From NCBI GenBank assembly GCA_964470205.1, contig CAYYBA010000001.1, forward strand, positions 1 through 45,727: a DNA stretch of 45,727 nucleotides. Direction: 5' to 3'. Source of the DNA: an uncultured Gammaproteobacteria bacterium (lineage in GTDB: Bacteria > Cyanobacteriota > Vampirovibrionia > Gastranaerophilales > Gastranaerophilaceae). The position numbers and the translations under genes are program-made. This document shows, piece after piece, positions 34,133 to 42,887 of the stretch. The stretch's first letter is position 1; every line of letters begins with the position of its first letter. The notes beneath the pieces were generated by a model, which saw only the letters and a list, made by a program, of their open reading frames with translations, was not told the origin of the DNA and searched no databases.

Positions 34133-34573
34133 CTATTTTACTGCTACGGTCAATTCGGCTTCTACGCAAAGTTTCCCGTCAACATAACCCTTGCCTTCGC
34201 ATTTGGTAATTGGCCCTTTTGTCTTTATTAATCTGGTTTCCATATCAAACCTATCGCCCGGACGCACAATATTTCTGAATTTTACTTTATCAAGCCCCGC
34301 GAACAAGGCAAGTCTGCCGTAATATTCAGGCAAAGTAAGCAAAATGGGGGCTGCGGTCTGCGCCATAGCTTCAATCTGTAAAACTCCGGGGAAAATCGGG
34401 TTATTAGGAAAATGTCCCTGGAAAAAGTCTTCATTTATGGTTAAATTTTTATAACCTTTAGAAGAAATACCAGGATCACATTCTGTTATTTTATCCACCA
34501 GCAAAAACGGATACCTGTGAGGAAGCATTTTCATAATTCCTACTGTGTCAAACGAAAGCAATTCTTTAATCAT
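34133..34573 (-). CDS. fabZ: 3-hydroxyacyl-ACP dehydratase
   Basis: LPHRYPFLLVD and FFQGHFPNNPIFPGVLQIEAMAQ motifs. Confidence 0.95.
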   Translation of the reverse strand: MIKELLSFDTVGIMKMLPHRYPFLLVDKITECDPGISSKGYKNLTINEDFFQGHFPNNPIFPGVLQIEAMAQTAAPILLTLPEYYGRLALFAGLDKVKFRNIVRPGDRFDMETRLIKTKGPITKCEGKGYVDGKLCVEAELTVAVK

Positions 34574-35429
34574 TTTTCTCTCCTATCACTTGGGCCAATT
34601 TTTTAGCAGCTTCAATATGCAAACTATGTCCTGCTTCTTTTACTATTATATTGGCCTTTAATTTCAGCGGGTTTGCACCTGTTAAGTATAAATCGCCTAT
34701 TACATCTAAAATTTTATGCTTAATGGGTTCAAGGTCGCTTTTTAAAATAGTTGTGTAGCCGTCTTCCGTTAAACCCAAAGTATTTTCAATTGTAACACCT
34801 TTTGAAAAGCCTGCATCCTGAAGATTTTTAAGGTCTTTAAGATAGCCAAACGTGCGTGCTTCAATAATTTCATCCAGATTTTCTTTTAAATTCAAAGTAA
34901 CAAAGCGGCCCTTTAAATCGGGGTGCTCATAATCTACGCTGTATGTTATTTTTGTTTCATCATCTGTTGGCAAAATAATCACATGGCTCTTGCCTTTTTG
35001 CAAGAAAACAGGTTCGGCGAGCACGGGTGTGTCATCAACTTTGCCGGCATATTCCGCATTCTCAAATGCTTCAACCCATTTTTTTGAAGCACCGTCTAAA
35101 ATGGGCATTTCAAAAGTATTTTGCAATTGTGCCGAAACTTCAAAATTCGGGTTTTTAAAATAAACATCTACTGCATCCAAATCACACACAGCAGCTGCCG
35201 CAATAAAATGTTCAACAAGCCCCACTTTTGCCGCTGCCAAATTTTGGGGGTTTCCCAGTACAACACAGTGTTGCGTTGACACAACATTTTTGACATTTGC
35301 TTCTACAGTGTCATTGCCTATATGAAAGTGTATTCCTTTCTTGTCTGACGGACAAATTTCAAGCTCTACAGGCATATTGGACATAAGCCCCGTGCCTTTT
35401 ATACTAACCTTACATTTTAGCGTCTTCAT
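34566..35429 (-). CDS. lpxC: UDP-3-O-acyl-N-acetylglucosamine deacetylase
   Basis: GTGLMSN..., VEHFIAAAA and [12 protein letters not shown] motifs. Located between lpxD and fabZ. Confidence 0.9.
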   Translation of the reverse strand: MKTLKCKVSIKGTGLMSNMPVELEICPSDKKGIHFHIGNDTVEANVKNVVSTQHCVVLGNPQNLAAAKVGLVEHFIAAAAVCDLDAVDVYFKNPNFEVSAQLQNTFEMPILDGASKKWVEAFENAEYAGKVDDTPVLAEPVFLQKGKSHVIILPTDDETKITYSVDYEHPDLKGRFVTLNLKENLDEIIEARTFGYLKDLKNLQDAGFSKGVTIENTLGLTEDGYTTILKSDLEPIKHKILDVIGDLYLTGANPLKLKANIIVKEAGHSLHIEAAKKLAQVIGEKND

Positions 35430-36519
35430 TTAAAAATTTCTCATAATCCTCTAATAAATGTTGGTATTTCTTATACTTTTGAACCATAACTTCGGCTTCG
35501 CTTAAGTATTTTAATCGTTTTAAGAAATCTTTTCTCGGAACTGCAGGTGCACCCATTAGAACAGATTTGCTCGGATGAGATTTTGTAACACCTGCTTGAG
35601 CCAAAATGATTGAATCATCTCCGATTGTAATATGATCCGCTAAGCCTGCTTGCCCCGCAATAACAACTCTATCACCCACAACACAGCTTCCTGCAATGCC
35701 CACTTGAGATACTATCATGCAGCCCTTGCCGATTTTGCAGTTGTGGCCTATCATTACAAGATTGTCAATTTTTGTTTGAGCACCAACTGTTGTGTTTTCA
35801 ACCGTCCCTCTATCTATTGCCGAATTAGCACCTATTTCAACGTCATTTCCTATAACAACCGAACCCAAAGATGGAATCTTATATATTTTTTGGTTTTCTT
35901 TGCCGCCTTTAATTTCGCCGTCTTCGCGAATTTGTTCTATACTGTCCGGAGTTTCCGTAACAAAACTGAAACCGTCAGCCCCTAAAGACGCACCGTGGTG
36001 GATTATAACACGTGAACCTATCTCAACCCTATCTCCTATATTAACGCCCGGGTGGAAAAGACAATTTTCGCCGATTTTTGCAAATTTGCCGATATAGACA
36101 TTGGGCATAATTTTTGTGTTATCGCCTATAACAACACCTCTTGAAATTACAGCATTCGGGCCTATTGAAACATTTTGGCCTATTTTAGCCTCAGGGTGAA
36201 CAATAGCCGAAGGGTGAATACCAATAGGTGTATCGGGCGCTTCATAAAAAACGTGTAGTAATTTCATCATAGCGAGCCTGGGGCGCTCAACTTCAATCGT
36301 TGAAATACCTTCTAGAGAAACTCCCAAAGGGGTAAGCGCGCATTTTGCTTTTGTATGTTCAAGATTAACAATTTCTTCTTCACCCAAAGCAAGCGCTAAA
36401 GTGCTCTCATCTGCCAAAAGCGGGGGCGCCACGCGTTCTATCTTCGCGTTATTATTTTGGGTTAAAATTCCGCCCACTATTTCGGAAATTTCCTCCTGTG
36501 TGTATGCCTTTGTGCTCAC
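35410..36519 (-). CDS. lpxD: UDP-3-O-acylglucosamine N-acyltransferase
   Basis: N-terminal LpxD domain plus hexapeptide beta-helix. Contains an insertion ([27 protein letters not shown]). Confidence 0.9.
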   Translation of the reverse strand: MSTKAYTQEEISEIVGGILTQNNNAKIERVAPPLLADESTLALALGEEEIVNLEHTKAKCALTPLGVSLEGISTIEVERPRLAMMKLLHVFYEAPDTPIGIHPSAIVHPEAKIGQNVSIGPNAVISRGVVIGDNTKIMPNVYIGKFAKIGENCLFHPGVNIGDRVEIGSRVIIHHGASLGADGFSFVTETPDSIEQIREDGEIKGGKENQKIYKIPSLGSVVIGNDVEIGANSAIDRGTVENTTVGAQTKIDNLVMIGHNCKIGKGCMIVSQVGIAGSCVVGDRVVIAGQAGLADHITIGDDSIILAQAGVTKSHPSKSVLMGAPAVPRKDFLKRLKYLSEAEVMVQKYKKYQHLLEDYEKFLNEDAKM

Positions 36520-36571
36520 TTTGACCTCCTTAAAAATATCTCCTCAATCTGTTTCTTTATTTTATTACATT

Positions 36572-37045
36572 TTATCCCGTTTGTCTATGACTTTTTAATT
36601 TTTTAAGTATATTTGTTGTGGATTTGCCCTCTACAAACTTAATGAATTCAACCCTTCCGCCGTTTTTTAATATTATGTCGGCTTCAGGGAGTGTATCTAT
36701 TGTGTAATCTTCCCCTTTGGTGTGGATATCGGGCTTAATTTTATCAAGCAAATCTTGTGGAGATTCTTCATCAAATAAAATAACGTAATCCACACAATTA
36801 AGAGCGCAGAGCAAATATGCCCTGTCGTTTTCATTATTTACGGGCCGCCCTTCACCTTTGATGGCACGTACGGATTTATCGGAATTTAAAAGCACCATTA
36901 AAATATCGCCGAATTTTTTGCTGTTTTGCAAATATTTAACATGCCCAACGTCAAAACAACCGTTTGTTGTAACCAAAACTTGCGCCTGTGCCTTCATTTG
37001 CGCTCTTAAACCCGCTAATTCTTCTTTTGTAATAAGTTTTCCCAT
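36572..37045 (-). CDS. D-glycero-beta-D-manno-heptose 1-phosphate adenylyltransferase (RfaE domain II type cytidylyltransferase)
   Basis: TNGCFDVGHVKYL, LNSDKSVRAIKGEGRP and HTKGEDY motifs. Confidence 0.8.
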   Translation of the reverse strand: MGKLITKEELAGLRAQMKAQAQVLVTTNGCFDVGHVKYLQNSKKFGDILMVLLNSDKSVRAIKGEGRPVNNENDRAYLLCALNCVDYVILFDEESPQDLLDKIKPDIHTKGEDYTIDTLPEADIILKNGGRVEFIKFVEGKSTTNILKKLKSHRQTG

Positions 37046-37087
37046 GCTGTTTATTGTAGCACAAAGACAAGGATTTCAAAGTTAAAA

Positions 37088-37420
37088 TTACATTATGATT
37101 TTAATATCTTTTGCAATTGCATATAAAGTTTGAACTTTATTATAATTCAGATCATCAATTATATTCTTAAGCTCTTCTTTTATTTCTTCTTCGCTTCTGC
37201 AATCACCGTTGTCAAAAAAATTACCTATACTGCAGCCAAAAACTTTTGCCAGTTTTGTTAAAGTAGATAAAGACGGAAAAGATTTTCCTGCTTCGATTAA
37301 AGCTACCTGGCGCTGGTTTATCTCTATTTTTTCGCTCAAAGCAAACTGTGTCATTTTAAGAGCATTTCTAAATTGCTTTATTTTTTTGCCTGTCAGTTTT
37401 TTAACTATTTCTTCATTCAT
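37088..37420 (-). CDS. XRE family HTH transcriptional regulator with C-terminal extension
   Basis: MTQFALSEKIEINQRQVALIEAGKSFPS HTH. Divergent from pilin-like 37523. Confidence 0.8.
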   Translation of the reverse strand: MNEEIVKKLTGKKIKQFRNALKMTQFALSEKIEINQRQVALIEAGKSFPSLSTLTKLAKVFGCSIGNFFDNGDCRSEEEIKEELKNIIDDLNYNKVQTLYAIAKDIKIIM

Positions 37421-37522
37421 TAATTAATACCTTTTTATTTTATTATAATTTTCATATAACTTAATAAAAATGGTATTTAATATTTTAAATTACTAATAAT
37501 AATGATATTATAAATTGTAATT

Positions 37523-38269
37523 ATGATTTTGGATGTTGTAAAAATGGTTGATAGAAGAATTAATAAAGGGTTTACGCTCGCCGAAGTGCTTATAACTCTT
37601 GCGATAATTGGTGTTGTGGCAGCCCTTACAATTCCAACGGTTATAAGAAACTATCAGGAACGCGAAACAGTTAGCGCATTAAAGAAATTTTATTCTCAAA
37701 TATCTCAAGCTTTTAAAATGGCAGAAATTGAAAATGGTCCCATTGAAACTTGGAATTGGGTAGGATTGGAAAGTCCTGCCGGTGCGAATAACGTTTTAAA
37801 CATAATTTCTCCTTATCTTAAAATTACAAAAAATTGTAAATCAGGAGACGGATGCTTTGCTAAAAAATACAAAAATCTCCCCGGTGGAGATTGGTTCACC
37901 GTAAGTGTAAATGACGTTTCAACATATGCAAAAGCACGATTGGCGGATGGAATGTCTTTTTGGATTATTTCAGCTTCCGATAATTGCACATTTACAAGTG
38001 GCAGCGGCAAAAGTCTAAATGCTATTTGCGGCTCTTTGGGAGTTGATTTAAATGGTGATAAAAAACCAAATACCTGGGGCAAGGATACATTTTATTTTCG
38101 TATAACAAAATATGGGTTTTTCCCTATGGGTGCAAAGGATGATACAATGTTTCCGTTATCTACCCATTGCAGAATGTCAAGCCAAGATCAGCGTAACGGC
38201 TATGCATGCGGTGCATGGATTTTAGGAAAAGATAATATGGATTATTTAAAGCGTGATATAAGCTGGTGA
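37523..38269 (+). CDS. prepilin-type pilin-like protein, class i
   Basis: INKG|FTLAEVLITLAIIGVVAALTIPTV. DLNGDKKPNTWGKDTFYF, NMDYLKRDISW. ATG 37544 is an alternative start. Confidence 0.85.
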   Translation: MILDVVKMVDRRINKGFTLAEVLITLAIIGVVAALTIPTVIRNYQERETVSALKKFYSQISQAFKMAEIENGPIETWNWVGLESPAGANNVLNIISPYLKITKNCKSGDGCFAKKYKNLPGGDWFTVSVNDVSTYAKARLADGMSFWIISASDNCTFTSGSGKSLNAICGSLGVDLNGDKKPNTWGKDTFYFRITKYGFFPMGAKDDTMFPLSTHCRMSSQDQRNGYACGAWILGKDNMDYLKRDISW

Positions 38270-38284
38270 TAGACCAGAATTAAA

Positions 38285-39064
38285 TCATCTCCATTCCCTT
38301 TGCAGTGCCCAGGCGTTGTGTTTATGAATGCTCTCTTGCGCTTCAATTTCAATTTCATAGAAGTTAATAATTTTATTTTCGCGCATTTTCAAAACAACAT
38401 CTCTTACAACATCTTCTACAAATTTAGGATTATTATAAGCTGTTTCTGTCACAAATTTTTCGTCACTGCGCTTTAAAAGGGGATAAAGCCTTGCAGATGC
38501 ACAAGATTCAATATCTTCAATCAAATCTTCGAGCCAGATATGTTCTGGGCGCGGATATGAAACCTTAACTTTAATAAGCGCCCTTTGGTTATGCGCGCCA
38601 TAATCCGATATTTCCTTTGAACAAGGACACAATGTTGTAACCGGAACTTTTACGCCTAGATAAAATTTGTATTCGCTATCATCAAGCTGCCCTTCAAAAA
38701 AACAGTCATACGCCATTAAAGACTTCATTTTGCTTTTTGGTGCGCGTTTTTCAACAAAATATTTAAAATCAAATTTCAAATATGCTGATTTTGCATCTAA
38801 TTTTTTGCACATGGCGTTTAAAACAGCCTCAATTTCAATGCCCAAGAGACCCTTTTTTCTGAAATCGTCTAAAATTTCAATAAAACGGGACATATGAGTA
38901 CCCTTATAATGGTGCGGAAGAGACACGCTCATTTTTGCGCATGCAAAAACAGTTTGGTTTTCTGCATTTTTGCGCTGAATAATTAAAGGTGTTTCAACAT
39001 CTTTTACGCCGACTTTTTGTAAGTCAATGTATCTTGTATCATTTTGCTTTTGTATGTCTATCAT
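38285..39064 (-). CDS. folE2: GTP cyclohydrolase FolE2 (type IB)
   Basis: KGTHMSRF and TTLCPCSKEISDYGAHNQR motifs. Confidence 0.85.
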   Translation of the reverse strand: MIDIQKQNDTRYIDLQKVGVKDVETPLIIQRKNAENQTVFACAKMSVSLPHHYKGTHMSRFIEILDDFRKKGLLGIEIEAVLNAMCKKLDAKSAYLKFDFKYFVEKRAPKSKMKSLMAYDCFFEGQLDDSEYKFYLGVKVPVTTLCPCSKEISDYGAHNQRALIKVKVSYPRPEHIWLEDLIEDIESCASARLYPLLKRSDEKFVTETAYNNPKFVEDVVRDVVLKMRENKIINFYEIEIEAQESIHKHNAWALQREWR

Positions 39065-39399
39065 TATTCTAATTCGTCAAAACTTTTTTCTTCAAGCGCT
39101 AAAAGAAGCTTTAATGCCGCCCTTCTTTGGGTTTTGGGGTCTGCATTTCTCAAAATTTCAACTGCACGAAGCATAATAGGGTCTTCATCGTACCATCTTG
39201 TTCCTTTACCGCCATATTGCGTGATTATTTCATAAATTCTTTCAATAACTTCCGCTGCAACTTCTTCTTGCAGTTTCAACATAAAATCTTTTGCATGGTC
39301 TTTTTCGTTTTCGCTTGAAAGCTTCAAAAGCTCAAGTGCTTCTTTTAATATAGGGTCTTTATCGTACCAGCGCTTGTTTTGTTCTTCTTCCTGCGTCAT
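39064..39399 (-). CDS. small protein with two RWYD repeats, paralog of 12767-13132
   Basis: KRWYDKDPILKEALELL and TRWYDEDPIMLRAVEIL repeats. Start ATG 39399 overlaps the upstream stop (ATGA). Its own stop overlaps the folE2 start (TAATG). Confidence 0.6.
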   Translation of the reverse strand: MTQEEEQNKRWYDKDPILKEALELLKLSSENEKDHAKDFMLKLQEEVAAEVIERIYEIITQYGGKGTRWYDEDPIMLRAVEILRNADPKTQRRAALKLLLALEEKSFDELE

Positions 39400-40208
39400 T
39401 GTAACCTCTCTTCTTTTAAACTTGCATTGGGTATCCACTTTCTTTTTATTTTATTTAAAACTCCTTCTTTTTGCATCATTTCCAAAGTGGAATTTAATCT
39501 TGTTTTTAAACTTTCGTTATTCTCTTCTTTTCTTATTGCAACAGCATAATATTCTTTTGTATAGCGTTTGTTTAATATTTTTAAATCCGGATTATCCATT
39601 AATATGCCGTATAAAACACTGTCATCTCCAAAAATTGCCGCTGCCTGCCCTGATTTTAGAGCTTCTAAAGCCTCGGAATAATCTTTTGCACCCCTTATTA
39701 CAGCATTCGGGGCAAGCTGCCTTAAGGTGCGCTCGCCTGTTGTGCCAAGAACAACTACAACGTTTTGATTGTTTAAATTTTCAACCGTTCTTATTTTTGA
39801 TGTTTTTTCTACCATAATTGCTTGCCCTGCAACATAATAAGGAACACTAAAATCAACAACGCTTTCTCTTGTAGGAGTTATACTCATAATTGCAACAATA
39901 AAATCAATTTCGCCGGAGTTTAATTTCATTATTTTATTTTGCGCGCTGACCGGTACAAAAGTTATTTTTTTAGCAGGCTGTTCTTCAAAGAGTTTACCTG
40001 TAATGTAATTAGCAACATCAATGTCAAAGCCTACATTTTTGCCGTTTTCAATAAAACCAAAGGGTTTTGAATCTGTTTTCACGCCTATTAAAATTTCATC
40101 TTTTTCATACAAAGCCTGCAAAGGCGTTTTTTTGGCACTTTTAAGCGAACAGGCACAGAGCATGAAGGAAGAAATTATAACAAATGTTAAAATTATTGCT
40201 TTTTTCAT
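39396..40208 (-). CDS. amino-acid ABC transporter substrate-binding lipoprotein
   Basis: Signal peptide with lipobox-like MLCAC. Family-3 SBP segments (GFDIDVANYI, DFIVAIMSITPTRESVVDFSVPYY). Confidence 0.8.
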   Translation of the reverse strand: MKKAIILTFVIISSFMLCACSLKSAKKTPLQALYEKDEILIGVKTDSKPFGFIENGKNVGFDIDVANYITGKLFEEQPAKKITFVPVSAQNKIMKLNSGEIDFIVAIMSITPTRESVVDFSVPYYVAGQAIMVEKTSKIRTVENLNNQNVVVVLGTTGERTLRQLAPNAVIRGAKDYSEALEALKSGQAAAIFGDDSVLYGILMDNPDLKILNKRYTKEYYAVAIRKEENNESLKTRLNSTLEMMQKEGVLNKIKRKWIPNASLKEERLQ

Positions 40209-40286
40209 ATCGTTATATTATCAAAAATATGAACCTTTGTAAATTAATATATTACCTGCAAAAGTTCAGATTATTTACTTTTTAAA

Positions 40287-41045
40287 TTACCACAAGACTT
40301 GCTTTTTAAGATAATCAAGGTTCTCTTTTGCAATAACCCAGGCTGTACAGCCTTTGCCATTGTATCCGTTTGCCTGGTTATTAATATTACAAAGAATTTC
40401 AACAGGATTACCTGTTAAATCGTCCTGTGTTCCCATTGGAATTACACCGTCTTTTTCGGTTATATAAAAGGTAAATAAATCCTTTCCGCCTTGATTTGGA
40501 AGTTTATCGCCGTTTATATCTACGTAAATGTCACCGCAAATACGGCTCAACCTGTTTGTGTTGCCCACTTTATAGCTGCACCCGCTTCTGACAGATAAAG
40601 CAAAAGAAAAGCCGTCAGCCAAGCGTGTTTTATAGTAAGTTGACGATGAGTTGAGGCTGCTGTAACTGGCCTCTGTGCCATTTAATGTTTTATAATACGG
40701 TGAAAAACACCCGGCTGAACTTCCGCAATCCTTAATAATTTTAAGATGTGAAGTGATTATTTTGCCGATAACTTCTTTGTCATCCCAATTCCAAGTTCCA
40801 ATTGGCCCATTCTCAACAGTTGCAATGTTAAAAGCCTGGGCAAGCTGGCTGTAAGCTTTTTTAACAGACGTTACAATCTGGAGCTCCTGATAATGGCGCA
40901 CAACGCTCGGTATTGTAAGTGCTGCAACAACACCTATTATAGCAAGAGTTATAAGAACTTCTGCTAAAGTAAATGCAAATAATATATTGTCACATCCGCA
41001 GGATAATTTAAAATTGTAATATTTTAGTATCCTGTTTTTTCCCAC
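40287..41045 (-). CDS. pilin-like protein, class i, with atypical leader (Ala at -1, GTG start)
   Basis: ...NILFA|FTLAEVLITLAIIGVVAALTIPSV. DINGDKLPNQGGKDLFTF, CTAWVIAKENLDYLKKQVLW. Confidence 0.75.
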   Translation of the reverse strand: MGKNRILKYYNFKLSCGCDNILFAFTLAEVLITLAIIGVVAALTIPSVVRHYQELQIVTSVKKAYSQLAQAFNIATVENGPIGTWNWDDKEVIGKIITSHLKIIKDCGSSAGCFSPYYKTLNGTEASYSSLNSSSTYYKTRLADGFSFALSVRSGCSYKVGNTNRLSRICGDIYVDINGDKLPNQGGKDLFTFYITEKDGVIPMGTQDDLTGNPVEILCNINNQANGYNGKGCTAWVIAKENLDYLKKQVLW

Positions 41046-41136
41046 AATGTTTTCCCTTTTTGAATTATTATATTAAAATTATAAATTACTTACTTAAAAA
41101 CTGCAATAAGTATACATTTTGTGTTAAAATAAAAGT

Positions 41137-41985
41137 ATGAAAAAAATATTGGGTAAATTATTATTTATCACTTTAGGCAGTTTTATAGCAGCCTTTGCGC
41201 TTGAAGACTTTCTGGTACCTAATAAGATTATAGACGGCGGGATTGTGGGTATTTCGATTATGGTAAGTTATCTGACCCGTCTTCCGCTGGCGCTTTTTGT
41301 GGTTGTTTTAAATATTCCCTTTATTTTTATGGCTTATAAAAAAATCGGACGCTCGTTTGTTGTTTATACGGGATACAGCGTTTTCACGTTTGCCCTGTTT
41401 CTGACTTTATTAGAAGGAAGTGACATTGCCACAAAAGACTTATTTTTAACTTCAATTTTTGGCGGAATCCTTTTGGGGCTCGGCGTTGGGCTAATTTTAA
41501 GAAACGGCGCATGCCTGGACGGAACAGAAATTTTAGCTTTAAGGGTTAATAAAAAAATGCCGTTTACTGTCGGCGAAATTATAATGTTTTTTAATATATT
41601 TATATTTATCTGTGCCGGTTTTGTTTTTGAACCTGACAGGGCAATGTACAGCGGCATTACTTATTTTACCGCATACCGTGTAATTGATTTGGTTTTGCAG
41701 GGTTTGAACGAATCAAAATCCATTTTTGTTATATCAGACAAGGATGAAGAAATAGGGCAGGCCATTATGCAGAATTTTGACAAAAGTGTTACCTACATAC
41801 CGGCACAGGGCGGATATTCAGGGGCTAAAAAGAAAATGGTTTATTGTGTTGTTTCAAGATTTGAAATAACAAAAATTAAAGAAGTTGTAAATATGATTGA
41901 TGATGAAGCATTTATTTCAATTGAAAATGTCCATGAAGTTGACGGGAAAAGGTATAGAAAAGGAAGATCCAGAGCCGGCGCTTAA
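41137..41985 (+). CDS. YitT family membrane protein (C-terminal DUF2179)
   Basis: Multi-pass N-terminal region (IIDGGIVGISI...). C-terminal soluble domain MVYCVVSRFEITKIKEVVNMIDDEAFISIENVHEV. Confidence 0.75.
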   Translation: MKKILGKLLFITLGSFIAAFALEDFLVPNKIIDGGIVGISIMVSYLTRLPLALFVVVLNIPFIFMAYKKIGRSFVVYTGYSVFTFALFLTLLEGSDIATKDLFLTSIFGGILLGLGVGLILRNGACLDGTEILALRVNKKMPFTVGEIIMFFNIFIFICAGFVFEPDRAMYSGITYFTAYRVIDLVLQGLNESKSIFVISDKDEEIGQAIMQNFDKSVTYIPAQGGYSGAKKKMVYCVVSRFEITKIKEVVNMIDDEAFISIENVHEVDGKRYRKGRSRAGA

Positions 41986-41986
41986 A

Positions 41987-42805
41987 TTAATCTTTGAAGG
42001 CTGATATTTGTTTTGCTTTTATTTCAACACTTAAATTCATAATTTCAATATCATCATAATCTATATGTGTCTTTTGAAAAAGGTTATGCCCAGTTTTAAT
42101 CGTAATTTCATTTGTAGGGCGCAAAAGCGGTTTTGGAATTGAAATTTCCTGATTATCCCCGTTTACGTTTAATTCCCCTATTTTTTGCCCGTTAAAATAC
42201 ACTTCTGCAGGGCTTGAATATACACTTCTGACACTGTTTTGCCCGAGTTCTTTTGCCATTTTTGTGTCAAGACCTATTATAGAACCTATTATCAAATACG
42301 CTTCTTCATCCTTACCCACAGAACTTATACTGAATTTTTTACTGTAAAAAGGTCCTGAAGATTTAGATTTAAACTCCGAGGAATTGGCAGAAGTTTGCGA
42401 AAAAACGTTATCGCCAAGGTGGCAGAGCTCTTTTTCTATAACAATATCATTTGCATGTGCCTGCTCTATTCCTAACCTGAGGGGATTTTCCAAAAGCTCT
42501 TTTCCTACCGTTATGGAAAACGGGCGGTAATTTTCTTTTTCAACAGACAAAATAACAGGCTTACTTATTGTTGTATTCAATTGAAAAACACCGTTAGAAT
42601 CCGTAGTTGTCTGATAACCGTTTGAAGGAACAGTGATTTTTGCATTCGGAACACCAAAACCCGTTTGCACATCTATAACCTGGTTTTGTGATAGTATTCC
42701 TGCTTTTTCAACCTGTCCGGTAATTTTATCTGCAAAGGCGCTTTGCCCTTGAATATAAAATAAAATCAGAAAGGCAAATAACAAGTTTTTAAATTTTAAT
42801 TTCAT
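41987..42805 (-). CDS. secreted protein with carboxypeptidase-regulatory-like (CarboxypepD_reg) domain
   Basis: Signal peptide ending SAFA. VIDVQTGFGVPNAKITVPSNGYQTTTDSNGVFQLN motif. Confidence 0.6.
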   Translation of the reverse strand: MKLKFKNLLFAFLILFYIQGQSAFADKITGQVEKAGILSQNQVIDVQTGFGVPNAKITVPSNGYQTTTDSNGVFQLNTTISKPVILSVEKENYRPFSITVGKELLENPLRLGIEQAHANDIVIEKELCHLGDNVFSQTSANSSEFKSKSSGPFYSKKFSISSVGKDEEAYLIIGSIIGLDTKMAKELGQNSVRSVYSSPAEVYFNGQKIGELNVNGDNQEISIPKPLLRPTNEITIKTGHNLFQKTHIDYDDIEIMNLSVEIKAKQISAFKD

Positions 42806-42887
42806 ATCCGAATTTTAAAAAAGTATGTAAGAAATTTAACCGCCTGGAAGAATATTGTCTAAGATAATTATAATAAAATTATAAATG

